Source: a virus
Taxonomy: Duplodnaviria; Caudoviricetes
DNA: 28,931 nt
Reading direction: 5' to 3' (one strand)
Virus record (IMG/VR): IMGVR_UViG_3300032218_002135
Span: 1-28,931 of that record
Shown here: piece by piece, positions 13,884-22,915 of the stretch
How the letters are laid out: each line of letters opens with the position of its first letter
Numbering within the stretch: position 1 is the stretch's first letter
Program-made: the position numbers and the translations under genes
Notes under the pieces: generated by a model
What the model was told of the DNA's origin: nothing
Databases searched by the model: none
The model's input: the letters and a program-made list of their open reading frames with translations, nothing else

Positions 13884-14445
13884 CTATACCTTCGCAAATA
13901 ACATTCATTTGCACCACTATCGCACATGCATAGGCTATTGCATGTGATTTTTTAAAATAGTACTCATCATTCGTCGGCCTCTCCCATACCGATTCCATAA
14001 TATCGTTCCATGTCTTCTCTTGTAGGTGCCGCTTTGCGGGACGGATCAATGCCAGGCACGCGGCCAGTTCTTCTATACTCTTCGGCTTCAGCTTCCGTAG
14101 CAAGTCTCCATACCCGTTTACGTGAAACAATAAATTCGTGAAATCGTCGTTCTCTAGAAGTTCCCATAGCGGTTCAGTCTCCATTAGCTTGACAAGATGT
14201 TCTTCATTTTTTACATCTTTGTATACATTGACATTTAAAAAGTCAATCTTAAAATAGCCTCTTTCTTCTGCTTCTTTATAATCAATAGTACTTATTCCAG
14301 TTACTGGATTGTAGGGTATAGAAGTACAATATACTCCAGAGTTGTGCTTTTTAAAAGTTCCGTTTTCTTTTATAGCCGCAGGCGTGTGCTTGATAAACTC
14401 AAGAGCTTTTGTTCTATCTAAAAAGTCAATATCAATATCTGGCAT
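13876..14445 (-). CDS. dnaE: Miniature DNA polymerase III alpha (DnaE-like) catalytic-core protein (189 aa)
   Basis: MPDIDIDF, KHNSGVY, GYFKIDFL, LALIRP, YYFKKSHAIAY in DnaE order. Confidence 0.85.
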   Translation of the reverse strand: MPDIDIDFLDRTKALEFIKHTPAAIKENGTFKKHNSGVYCTSIPYNPVTGISTIDYKEAEERGYFKIDFLNVNVYKDVKNEEHLVKLMETEPLWELLENDDFTNLLFHVNGYGDLLRKLKPKSIEELAACLALIRPAKRHLQEKTWNDIMESVWERPTNDEYYFKKSHAIAYACAIVVQMNVICEGIVT

Positions 14446-14633
14446 TAGTGTTTAATCTCTGATTCAAAAAGTAATAATGGAAAATGTTCTGTTAAATGTG
14501 TTGCATAGTTATCGGCTTCTTCAAGATTATCAAATCCTGATAGTTTAACATATACAGTCGCATCTTCCTCGCTTACAATAACTTCTAAATTTAATCGTGT
14601 TATGCCGTCTGACCCCGGCGAAGTATATGTCAT
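14445..14633 (-). CDS. Hypothetical protein (62 aa)
   Basis: ORF translationally coupled on both sides. Confidence 0.7.
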   Translation of the reverse strand: MTYTSPGSDGITRLNLEVIVSEEDATVYVKLSGFDNLEEADNYATHLTEHFPLLLFESEIKH

Positions 14634-15328
14634 ATATTTGATTCCTTTACAACTTGTTTAACTAACTCAACATCTTTAATATTTTTCCTAAACCTTTGAT
14701 TCCAAAATATAGGATCAATCTGAGGAGATATTGACATTAGTTGTTCATCATTTAGTTTACTTAATAGAGCTCTGCCATTGATAGAGTTTAACAAAATCCA
14801 AGGACTTATTTTGCCATCTCTTATATCATAGGTTGCTCTGTTCAAGTTGACATATAAAAAATAATGATTCCATTCAGCGGAGTTTTCTTTGCCCCATTTA
14901 ATCATATGGTTAATACTGCGCTCAAGAGCAGTTTCTACATTCTCAGTCCTGATAAGATCTAACACATATTGGTCGTACAACTCGTCTCGGCACCAGTGAT
15001 CAAGTTTAACGCCCGATACAACGACCCAGTTGATAAATCTGTCCGGGTAGAGAGGATTGACGTTACTAACAAAACTGCCAAACTTAACAAAGGCATTATA
15101 ATAAGGGCTCTTAGCAAAATCTTCATAAGTCTTGTCCTGTTTGCTGTTTTGTGTTTTTCTATAAAATCTATTGTAGGTGTCATAGCCTAACATCACGTGC
15201 TTTTCTGTTTTAGCAAGTGCTCGTCTTTTTTGCTCGCATAAATGTACAGCTAAAGTTTTTTCTTTAGTGTAACCGTGCCCGCAATATTGACAAATATAAG
15301 GCTTTGTTGTGTTCAATGATAAAATCAC
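14630..15328 (-). CDS. Hypothetical protein with N-terminal zinc-finger-like motif (232 aa)
   Basis: YICQYCGHGYTKEKTLAVHLC; coupled in the replication operon. Confidence 0.8.
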   Translation of the reverse strand: MILSLNTTKPYICQYCGHGYTKEKTLAVHLCEQKRRALAKTEKHVMLGYDTYNRFYRKTQNSKQDKTYEDFAKSPYYNAFVKFGSFVSNVNPLYPDRFINWVVVSGVKLDHWCRDELYDQYVLDLIRTENVETALERSINHMIKWGKENSAEWNHYFLYVNLNRATYDIRDGKISPWILLNSINGRALLSKLNDEQLMSISPQIDPIFWNQRFRKNIKDVELVKQVVKESNI

Positions 15329-15795
15329 TTTAGTTTTTTAGCAATGTCGGCTTCTTCAAAACCGTGGTCTCTTAAAATAACTTTTATTTCTTTTTCACTA
15401 AGCATTGTACTAAGCAGTTCAACTTCATCTTGTTTTTTATTAGGATATATGTCTAACAACACTTTTAAAAGTTTACTGTTGCCGGCTTTCTTTTTATGCC
15501 CAATCCATTCATGATACATGATTTTTTTTGATTCATGACTGCATAAACATAGTAACTGCCATAACAGTTTTGGGTGTTTACTTAATAGAAAAAAGTTTTT
15601 ATTGTAGTATTCGTTTACTGCTAAAATAAAATGTTCCTGCATTTCTTTATTACTTGCCTTAACAGAACTCATATATCTATTAAGTAGATAAAAAGATACA
15701 GATTTTTTTTGATCGTCTGTAAACTCATCCCACACTTCTTTGGCTCCTAGATCAAGAGCGCCAAGAATATCTTTAAGTTCTAGTTTTTCACTCAT
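15325..15795 (-). CDS. Probable clamp-loader small subunit (T4 gp62-like, 156 aa)
   Basis: FYLLNRYMS...VNEYYN...HPKL.W..L...W..KKK pattern, size and replication context. Confidence 0.55.
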   Translation of the reverse strand: MSEKLELKDILGALDLGAKEVWDEFTDDQKKSVSFYLLNRYMSSVKASNKEMQEHFILAVNEYYNKNFFLLSKHPKLLWQLLCLCSHESKKIMYHEWIGHKKKAGNSKLLKVLLDIYPNKKQDEVELLSTMLSEKEIKVILRDHGFEEADIAKKLK

Positions 15796-16420
15796 CAGTT
15801 TCTACCGGTACTAGTCTAGCATCAAAAGCCATAACAATCCTAGAGCCGTTGCCTTTCCATGGATAAACACCGTGAGGCAAATAACTTGGAAACACTATAA
15901 ATGTACCGGCTTGCGGAGAAAACTTCCAGTTGTCATTCATTACAAACTTAGTTATATCTCTAGTCTGTGGAAATCTAAAATTAATTTGAGCATCTGACGG
16001 GTTACTATTTGTTTCCAGTTCAGGTGCAACTACATAGATGTTTCCGCTGATATTTCCGCCTGGATGACTATGCATTTCTTGATAGTCGCCTTGTTGTTGC
16101 TTAATGGTCCAAATGCTGGTAACAACTGGCCTGCAATATTTTAAATCAGAAGTACTAGATTGTGTTGTAACTAAATCCATGTAACCTTGACATACAGATT
16201 CTAACCATGTAACTAACCAGTCAACACTTACTCCTAGATTATTAGGATATATTTGTACTTGTTGGCCTCCGCGGGCACTAACAAGAGGATTTCCTAAATC
16301 GTTAAGTTCAGTGTGTGTATGAAAATCATTTACTAGATTAAAAATCTTACTAAACTCAACCGGCGGGACTTGATCTGCCGCAATAATGATAGGTTGAAAA
16401 TATGCTATTTTTAAAGTCAT
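15788..16420 (-). CDS. Putative 2OG-Fe(II) oxygenase (TIGR02466-like, 210 aa)
   Basis: W....GDYQEMHSHP, ISGNIYV, FPSYLPHGVYP, RIVMAFD. Confidence 0.85.
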   Translation of the reverse strand: MTLKIAYFQPIIIAADQVPPVEFSKIFNLVNDFHTHTELNDLGNPLVSARGGQQVQIYPNNLGVSVDWLVTWLESVCQGYMDLVTTQSSTSDLKYCRPVVTSIWTIKQQQGDYQEMHSHPGGNISGNIYVVAPELETNSNPSDAQINFRFPQTRDITKFVMNDNWKFSPQAGTFIVFPSYLPHGVYPWKGNGSRIVMAFDARLVPVETDE

Positions 16421-16725
16421 TCAATTTTGTCCTTACTGAGTTTATATATTATTATAACATTATCTACGGCCTTTTGTAAAGCAGGATTGGTTTTAGCCAG
16501 CTCAAGTATTTCTTGCCATTCTTGATTTTGCCGGTGCCTGAGGTTATTTAGTTGTAGATTTCGGTATGCATCGGATGCAACTGGATTGAGTCCAACAAGG
16601 TCTGACTCATTATAATCCCATCCAATAGGCTTTCTTGTTTCAATCGGTGCGCCCAACTCTCGAGCAAAAACAACATCGTTGTGTCGTTCGTATATGTAAG
16701 TAGCACCGGGCTTTAGTGTTCCCAT
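16417..16725 (-). CDS. Hypothetical protein (102 aa)
   Basis: ORF in operon, overlapping the next start. Confidence 0.8.
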   Translation of the reverse strand: MGTLKPGATYIYERHNDVVFARELGAPIETRKPIGWDYNESDLVGLNPVASDAYRNLQLNNLRHRQNQEWQEILELAKTNPALQKAVDNVIIIYKLSKDKIE

Positions 16726-16726
16726 A

Positions 16727-17233
16727 TTATAAAATCTTATCTAGCTGAATGATTTCGCTTTGGCGACTTATTTCTTTAACAAAGTATGCACATGGTGGTT
16801 TTTCACTTTTGCTTAACGGAGTTGCTAGTAGTTGGCCTGATCGCATTTTTGGAAAATACCATTTAACGTCATTATAAAAGTTAACGATTTCAATCTTTTT
16901 AAACTCAATCCTAAAACTACTTAATGGGTTAAAAATCAATGCTTCAAAACCTCTATCATTTAGACTAGTTAATGGAAGTATTTCAATATCACTTGCGCTA
17001 CTACTATCTCCTACTGCTATTGACCAATCGATGGGCATAGCTACTTCATCGTTACCTATACGCAATACCATTGCAGGCGCATTAAAACTTTCTAAAAATA
17101 TTAATGGTTGAAAAAAGAAGTCAGGTTCTTTTGGGTCACTGTTATCTAGTACCGCAAATCTAGTATGTTCGTCTACCTCATCGGGTAGGTCGTTTAATGA
17201 AAAACTTAAATTGTCTAATGTTAATATCTGCAT
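16727..17233 (-). CDS. Hypothetical beta-rich protein (168 aa)
   Basis: ORF directly after UvsW; AAGGA RBS. Confidence 0.82.
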   Translation of the reverse strand: MQILTLDNLSFSLNDLPDEVDEHTRFAVLDNSDPKEPDFFFQPLIFLESFNAPAMVLRIGNDEVAMPIDWSIAVGDSSSASDIEILPLTSLNDRGFEALIFNPLSSFRIEFKKIEIVNFYNDVKWYFPKMRSGQLLATPLSKSEKPPCAYFVKEISRQSEIIQLDKIL

Positions 17234-17239
17234 AATTCC

Positions 17240-18709
17240 TTATTTTTGCCAGTCCACTTTTTCTAATGTAAATGGATATTTGGCTTCCTTGTAAAATTTC
17301 TTTCGCTCTGTGAGGTGTCGTTTGGCATATTTGCATGTCGATGTGATATCCCAAATTTGTACGAAATCTTTGTCTTCTGCTTTTCTAATGCCTCGCCCAA
17401 TACTCTGTATAACCCTTGTAAAGCTCTTTCCGGACTCCAAAAGAACCAGATTAAAAATACGAGGAATATTAATACCCACAGCGGCCACACCGTAAGTCGC
17501 CACAATAATCTTGTTAGTACTTGTTTTAACTTCATCATATTCTTCTTTCCGATCTTTTGTTTTGACTTCGCCCGATATAAAGACAGAGTCCTCTATTTCA
17601 TTAACTAAAAATTTGCCTGAATCAATCCTATTAACTAGAACCAATGTGTTGCCTAAAGCTGAGATTTTCTTTACTAGTTTACTGACATATATCATGCGAT
17701 CTTCGTCAGTAACTAGATACTTTAACTCTTCTGAATATGCTTTAAATTCTGGAAGATCAATTAGTTGTACTACGTTAACATGACAGTTAGATAGTACACC
17801 CATTTCTTGTAGTTCGTGTGCTTTAATGCCACCAACAACTTTGCCAATGCTGGCAAAAATACTTTCATATTCAAACTTTTCTTTGGGTACTGTGCCTGTT
17901 AATCCCCAACGAATAGGTGCGTTACACAAGTTTTGTGTTAGAAGATTTTTTAATACTTCGGCCTTGGCCATATGTACTTCGTCGACAATAACAGTCTTAA
18001 CCCCGTCGAGAAATTCTGCTAATGACAGGATATCTTGTTCGTGATTTTTGCTTTTTTTATCTAATATGTTTAGACTTTGCCAAGTACAGATAGTGTGTGT
18101 TTTATTAAGATCTTTTCGGTCGCCGTAATACACTCCGACGTCAAGACCAACGTTAACAAAGTCTTCTTCTGTTTGTTCGACAAGTGATTTATTCGGGACA
18201 ATAGTGATAGTTCTACCATATTTTTCTGCAAGTTGGCTTAATGTTGCTGTTGTAATAGTTTTTCCTGCACCTGTGGCAATCTCTTGTAGTGCTTGCGGAT
18301 TTTCAAGGAATCTATTAATAGCTTCAACTTGATAGTCACGTAGCATAATAGGTTTGCCGGCATCAACGTGACCTTTAGGCCAAACTTTTCCTTGGTTGGC
18401 CCAGTACATATCAGTCACTGGTTCAAACTCAATTTTACTGGTAGTTCTTAGGTCTTCAAGTTCATCTACAATGATGCCCATTTTGCCTAATATGGTAAGA
18501 ATAGTTTCTAACTGGCTCAAGTATCCTGTGCCGCCAATGCCAAACAAACTGACCATTCCGTCCCAACGTCCAAGTTTGTACGCAGGATGGTAACGTGCGT
18601 AAGGTATTTCATACTTAAAGTTATTTGCCAACTTTTTTCTGGCTTCTAACGGCAAACCTTCAAGTTTGATATTAACTTCGTCTCTAATAATAAGTTTTAC
18701 TGAAGCCAT
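17240..18709 (-). CDS. uvsW: UvsW-like superfamily 2 helicase
   Basis: LRDYQ Q-motif, ATGAGKT, DEVH, GLTGT, QSIGRGIR. Confidence 0.92.
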   Translation of the reverse strand: MASVKLIIRDEVNIKLEGLPLEARKKLANNFKYEIPYARYHPAYKLGRWDGMVSLFGIGGTGYLSQLETILTILGKMGIIVDELEDLRTTSKIEFEPVTDMYWANQGKVWPKGHVDAGKPIMLRDYQVEAINRFLENPQALQEIATGAGKTITTATLSQLAEKYGRTITIVPNKSLVEQTEEDFVNVGLDVGVYYGDRKDLNKTHTICTWQSLNILDKKSKNHEQDILSLAEFLDGVKTVIVDEVHMAKAEVLKNLLTQNLCNAPIRWGLTGTVPKEKFEYESIFASIGKVVGGIKAHELQEMGVLSNCHVNVVQLIDLPEFKAYSEELKYLVTDEDRMIYVSKLVKKISALGNTLVLVNRIDSGKFLVNEIEDSVFISGEVKTKDRKEEYDEVKTSTNKIIVATYGVAAVGINIPRIFNLVLLESGKSFTRVIQSIGRGIRKAEDKDFVQIWDITSTCKYAKRHLTERKKFYKEAKYPFTLEKVDWQK

Positions 18710-19887
18710 ACATTCCTTGATTCTGATAGAGATTTAGTTGGGGAGTATTCGATTATTAAATCGCACATGTTAGAATATATTCCACTCTTCGTAGACCGTA
18801 ATTTATGACCTAACGATATTACAGTCATTGGGTACCAGTCAGATTTTATGAAAAATTTAGGAATTTTATTAGATGCAATACCGGCAACATTGCTATCAAT
18901 GTCTAATGGATGATTATATTTTTTATCTGCAATAAACTTATTAAACTCAATACCTTCACTATTATCGAATCTAAAATAAATTCCTATTTTTTCGGAAATT
19001 TTGACATTTTCTAGGCTAGCGTGTAGATCTTCTAAATAGGCGATTGCTTGTTTAGGTGCAAAAGTGTCAAAGACAACTAGCAATGGAAATCTATTTAATT
19101 TTTTTACTTCTTCGATAACAGATGATAATGTGTGCTCATTACTGTCAATCCAAACATGAGGATTTTTTCGGAAAATTATGGAATTTTTCACTGATTTTTC
19201 ATGGCCTTGTTTTTCAGGTAAAAAGTATTGATACCGAACACTTCTGTCAACTAACATGTCGGGCGAAGATGAAGATATATCCCCAATATTATTTTCTAAA
19301 TGAGCCTTTAGGTTGCTGACTGGTATATTTTCAAGAACATATTTGTCTCGAATTTCCTCAAAATTCCAAGATTTTATGGTTTCGTAAAATGTCTTAACTG
19401 GCTCATGAATATCAAACTTGAAAGGCGCCATATTATCAATAACTTCAACAATATTTTTTTCAGTCAACGGCGTAATGTAAACTCTACCATTTGGCGAACT
19501 AATGCCTTCGGGGATATCTTTGCTTAAATTATTGAGTATTTTTCGTATAGAACTGTTAAATGCGAATTCAATGACTAGCAACGGTTCACCGGTGGTTGGA
19601 TCTTTTGATGTAAATATTTTTTTTGTTTGATCTACTTTTCTAAATGGTTGTGACCATGTAGGAGTTTTTAAGTATGTTCGAATCTCTGTGTCAACACACA
19701 GTAATTTTTCGTAATTTTCAAACAATATTTTTATCAACAGGTTTGACTGATTTTCTGTAATAAATCTATTAGAAGAAATTGCAGTTGCTAGATTTTTTAA
19801 AATCTTAACGTCTCGACTGTGCATGGTTTTTGGAAGATTGTCAAAACCATACTTTTCAACTTTTTGTAAAAATGTATCTACGTTCAT
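18697..19887 (-). CDS. Hypothetical protein (396 aa; start revised to 19887)
   Basis: A sigma70 promoter and terminator lie inside the longer ORF's 5' extension; start MNVDTFLQ. Confidence 0.8.
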   Translation of the reverse strand: MNVDTFLQKVEKYGFDNLPKTMHSRDVKILKNLATAISSNRFITENQSNLLIKILFENYEKLLCVDTEIRTYLKTPTWSQPFRKVDQTKKIFTSKDPTTGEPLLVIEFAFNSSIRKILNNLSKDIPEGISSPNGRVYITPLTEKNIVEVIDNMAPFKFDIHEPVKTFYETIKSWNFEEIRDKYVLENIPVSNLKAHLENNIGDISSSSPDMLVDRSVRYQYFLPEKQGHEKSVKNSIIFRKNPHVWIDSNEHTLSSVIEEVKKLNRFPLLVVFDTFAPKQAIAYLEDLHASLENVKISEKIGIYFRFDNSEGIEFNKFIADKKYNHPLDIDSNVAGIASNKIPKFFIKSDWYPMTVISLGHKLRSTKSGIYSNMCDLIIEYSPTKSLSESRNVWLQ

Positions 19888-19893
19888 GTTTTT

Positions 19894-19922
19894 ATTATAT
19901 ACTGTGTGATATAGTAAGTCAA
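19894..19922 (-). promoter_or_regulatory. sigma70 promoter (leaderless) of the uvsW operon
   Basis: TTGACT, 17 bp, TATAAT, 6 nt, ATG 19887. Confidence 0.8.
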
Positions 19923-19930
19923 CCATTAAG

Positions 19931-19965
19931 AAAAAAATAGGCCTCAATATTATTTAAGGCCTATT
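19931..19965 (-). terminator. Intrinsic terminator after uvsY
   Basis: AATAGGCCT/AGGCCTATT stem followed by T-run on the minus strand; TAAATA in the loop. Confidence 0.75.
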
Positions 19966-19987
19966 AGCAAAGTTTTGAGTAAATCAG

Positions 19988-20443
19988 TTATAGTGTAGCA
20001 TCTTCCATGCCAGCAACTCTAAGTTTTACAACATTAGTAATTTGCCATTGTTTTTGATCCAACGCCTTAGTAATACCCAACCACTTGTTCCTAAGCAATG
20101 CAAACTCATTGATGATTTTTTCAAAATCTACCACATCTGCTTCGCCGTCTACATATCGATCTACATCTCGACTAGTTAGTGCTCTTTGATAGTTTTCTAA
20201 GTACTTACGAAAATGCTGACTTTTTAGTCTGCGAAGTTCAATGTTGAGGTATTCTAATATTGCTTCAATTTCTTGAAGTTGATTAAATCGATGTTCAACA
20301 ACACCGGGCATACTGGCCGCGGCTTTTTCAAGATTTCCAGTAAGTTTAATTTCTTGTTTAGCAGCCAATAGTTCTGCTTCATAAAAATTAATAGCTGACG
20401 GGATATTAGAAATATCTTTAGCAATGTCAGAATACCAACCCAT
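19988..20443 (-). CDS. uvsY: UvsY-like recombination mediator (151 aa)
   Basis: Size, helical pattern (YLENYQRALTSRDVDRYVDGEADV...KALDQKQWQI) and position after UvsX. Confidence 0.75.
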   Translation of the reverse strand: MGWYSDIAKDISNIPSAINFYEAELLAAKQEIKLTGNLEKAAASMPGVVEHRFNQLQEIEAILEYLNIELRRLKSQHFRKYLENYQRALTSRDVDRYVDGEADVVDFEKIINEFALLRNKWLGITKALDQKQWQITNVVKLRVAGMEDATL

Positions 20444-20679
20444 TAAAACTCCAGTTCGTCGTAACCTTCATCATCTTCATCAGCCTCATCTTCTAAATAA
20501 TAGTTAATGGCTGAATCAAGATGATCGTCATTACCAATAGCACCGTTTAGTGCTTGATCTGTGACTCCGTGATCAGCAAGCAAATCGACATATCGTTCTG
20601 CTACTGTTTCAAGTTGTTTTTTATCAATATATTCGCTAAACAAAATCCAGATGTCTGCGATTTGAGTCTCATTCAACAT
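20443..20679 (-). CDS. Small acidic hypothetical protein (78 aa)
   Basis: Coupled between uvsX and uvsY; D/E-rich tail. Confidence 0.8.
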   Translation of the reverse strand: MLNETQIADIWILFSEYIDKKQLETVAERYVDLLADHGVTDQALNGAIGNDDHLDSAINYYLEDEADEDDEGYDELEF

Positions 20680-21724
20680 TTTCTTCGTTCTCCTCGGGAA
20701 TGGTAGTTGTTAAAGGTTTGATGTGATAATTTTTCATTATCATATCTAATTTATCATCTTTCCATTCTTTTCGGTAGAATAAGAACTCTTCTCCAGTAGT
20801 TGGGTCAACATACTTTAACCTGTTGCCTTGTTGTACAAGAATACCTTGTTTCTCCAACATATCAACCATACCACTATAAGGATTCATACCTGTTTCATAT
20901 GGAATCTTAATCTGTACAGTTTCAAAAGGTTTAGCATAACGAGTCTTCATAATCTTACAAGCGGCACGAATACCGTTGACTTCTGAAGTCTTGTTACCAT
21001 CTTCATCTTCTTTTAACTTCAACTTTTTCATAGCAACTACAATAGAACTTGCGTATACAAATCCCTGGCCGCCACTGATCTTGTCATCTGGATCAAACAT
21101 GTCCTGGCTTGCGTATGTATGATTTGTACAAACCATACCTACATTATAACTACCAAACATATTTACACAGTTACGAACAAGTGCTGTTAATGCCTTAGGT
21201 TTACGGCCCATGTCGCCCTTTAGATCTCCCGCCTCAAACTGGTTGATATCGGTAGGGGTAAGCAACATACCCAATGAGTCTATGACAAATAAGACCTTAG
21301 GACGTTCTGTCATTGTTTTATATTCTGACATAAACTCGTGAATGGTTTTAGCCACATCATCGATCATAGCCATATTAAGTTTAAGCAGTTTATCTTCACT
21401 AGTGTCTACACCTAGATCTTCAAGCCACTTTTGATCAAGTGCGTTTTCTGTATCAACTAGAATAACATAAATGCCTTGAGCTTGTGCGTTACGCACTAGA
21501 TTGCCTGAACAGATAAATGACTTACCTGCGCCAGATTCTCCGGCAAACACGGTAACTTTACCAAGCGGTACTCCTTTGTGGAAATCGCCTGAGATTAGAT
21601 AGTTTAGCGTATAGTTACCAGTGCTAACCCAATCTGTAGGATCATTAAATCCTACACCTAGACCGTCAATGCTTTTGGTCAAGGTTTTTCTAAATTTCGA
21701 TAAATCGAAGGCTTTTGTAGCCAT
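20669..21724 (-). CDS. uvsX: UvsX/RecA-like recombinase
   Basis: GESGAGKS, VDTENALD, VIDSLG, SGG.G..YASS, KTR. Confidence 0.95.
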   Translation of the reverse strand: MATKAFDLSKFRKTLTKSIDGLGVGFNDPTDWVSTGNYTLNYLISGDFHKGVPLGKVTVFAGESGAGKSFICSGNLVRNAQAQGIYVILVDTENALDQKWLEDLGVDTSEDKLLKLNMAMIDDVAKTIHEFMSEYKTMTERPKVLFVIDSLGMLLTPTDINQFEAGDLKGDMGRKPKALTALVRNCVNMFGSYNVGMVCTNHTYASQDMFDPDDKISGGQGFVYASSIVVAMKKLKLKEDEDGNKTSEVNGIRAACKIMKTRYAKPFETVQIKIPYETGMNPYSGMVDMLEKQGILVQQGNRLKYVDPTTGEEFLFYRKEWKDDKLDMIMKNYHIKPLTTTIPEENEENVE

Positions 21725-21747
21725 AAGTTATTTCTCCTAATGATGAT

Positions 21748-21771
21748 TTAAGGGGACCGAAGTCCCCTTAA
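21748..21771 (-). other. C(UUCG)G tetraloop hairpin between SSB and uvsX (stabiliser or weak terminator)
   Basis: TTAAGGGGAC-TTCG-GTCCCCTTAA on the minus strand; no U-tract. Confidence 0.7.
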
Positions 21772-21776
21772 TGCTT

Positions 21777-22763
21777 TTACTTCTGACGATTGCGAATCAT
21801 TGCAAGAATGTCTTGGGCACGGCTATCGCCGCTTCCAGTTGATTCTGCTTTTGCTTCAACGCTAGGAGCCGGTGCTGCCTTAGCTACTGGAGCGGGTTCA
21901 TCGTCGTAGACATCGCTTGCTACTGGAGCACTTGCTTTAGGAGTAGATGTCTTTTGTGGATCACCTGTGTTCTGGCTCATGCCAGCTGGTTTAAAGTATT
22001 GACCCCAACGATCCATATCATATGCTTCGCCGTCAACTGACGCTTCAAACATTTCTTTCATCACTTTGACTTCAACATCAGTAGGCTTCTTAGGCAAGTA
22101 GTCTGTTAGGTTAAACAAACCGTGTGCTTTAAGTGCCGCTTGTTCTGTGTCGCTCAATGGACGTTCACGACGGCTCCACTTTGATGTAGAGTAGTCAGCG
22201 TAACCACCCTTACTACCTTTTGTCAAACGGAAGTCAAGTCCGTGTACAAAATCAGTTGGCAAGTCTTCCAACTCTGGATCAACTAATGCTGAACGGATAA
22301 GTTGGAAAATCTGTGGACCGATAATAAATCTACGGATTGGATTTTCTGGAGTTTGTTCTTCTTTAAGTCCGTCTTCTACTACAAAGCCTTGGAAAATATA
22401 ACTACGTTTCTTCCAATATTTACGACCCATGTCTTCAAGAGCAGGATCTTTAAACCATGCACGTACTTCATTAAGAATTGGACATGCTTCGCCATACATT
22501 TCCATACAGGGTACTTGTACGATTGCTGGTTTGCTTTCTGTTTGACCTTTGATTCCAGCGAATGGAAGTTTGATCATTGCACGTTCAACCCAGAAAAATG
22601 TGTTATCTGTGTTGCCGTCGGGTAAGAATCGAACTAGTGATTCTTGGCCTTCTTTTAAGTTCCAGAACGGATAAATGCTATTGTCACCGCCTGTTTTATT
22701 TTCACCACTTGCGCGGCCTTCTGATTCTTTGAGCTTCGCTCTAATTTCTGCTAAAGTTGCCAT
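21777..22763 (-). CDS. ssb: Single-stranded DNA-binding protein (T4 gp32-like)
   Basis: VRFLP, C..MYGE.CPI, GG.YADY..SKW, acidic/Ala linker and C-terminal DILAMIRNR; RBS AAGGAG. Confidence 0.88.
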   Translation of the reverse strand: MATLAEIRAKLKESEGRASGENKTGGDNSIYPFWNLKEGQESLVRFLPDGNTDNTFFWVERAMIKLPFAGIKGQTESKPAIVQVPCMEMYGEACPILNEVRAWFKDPALEDMGRKYWKKRSYIFQGFVVEDGLKEEQTPENPIRRFIIGPQIFQLIRSALVDPELEDLPTDFVHGLDFRLTKGSKGGYADYSTSKWSRRERPLSDTEQAALKAHGLFNLTDYLPKKPTDVEVKVMKEMFEASVDGEAYDMDRWGQYFKPAGMSQNTGDPQKTSTPKASAPVASDVYDDEPAPVAKAAPAPSVEAKAESTGSGDSRAQDILAMIRNRQK

Positions 22764-22831
22764 AATATTCTCCTTAATATGCCTTTGCTTATTTTATGTG
22801 CCTATATTTGTTTTACCACCTTTGATAAAAC

Positions 22832-22878
22832 AAAAAGTGCATACATGTTATTGTACGCACTTTTATTTATGTTTGCAA
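22832..22878 (-). promoter_or_regulatory. SSB promoter (sigma70 + embedded late box) overlapped by a terminator-like hairpin
   Basis: TTGCAA (22878-22873), 17 bp, TACAAT (22855-22850); TAAATA at 22869-22864; stem AAAAGTGCGTACA/TGTATGCACTTTT then T-rich. Confidence 0.65.
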
Positions 22879-22915
22879 GAGAAATCTTGCTTAAATGTGG
22901 TTTATTTTACTCGTT

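Noticed and set aside
19988-20030. UvsY C-terminal KLRVAG as another copy of the virion docking tag
   Set aside because: Different register and context, in a non-structural protein; probably coincidental
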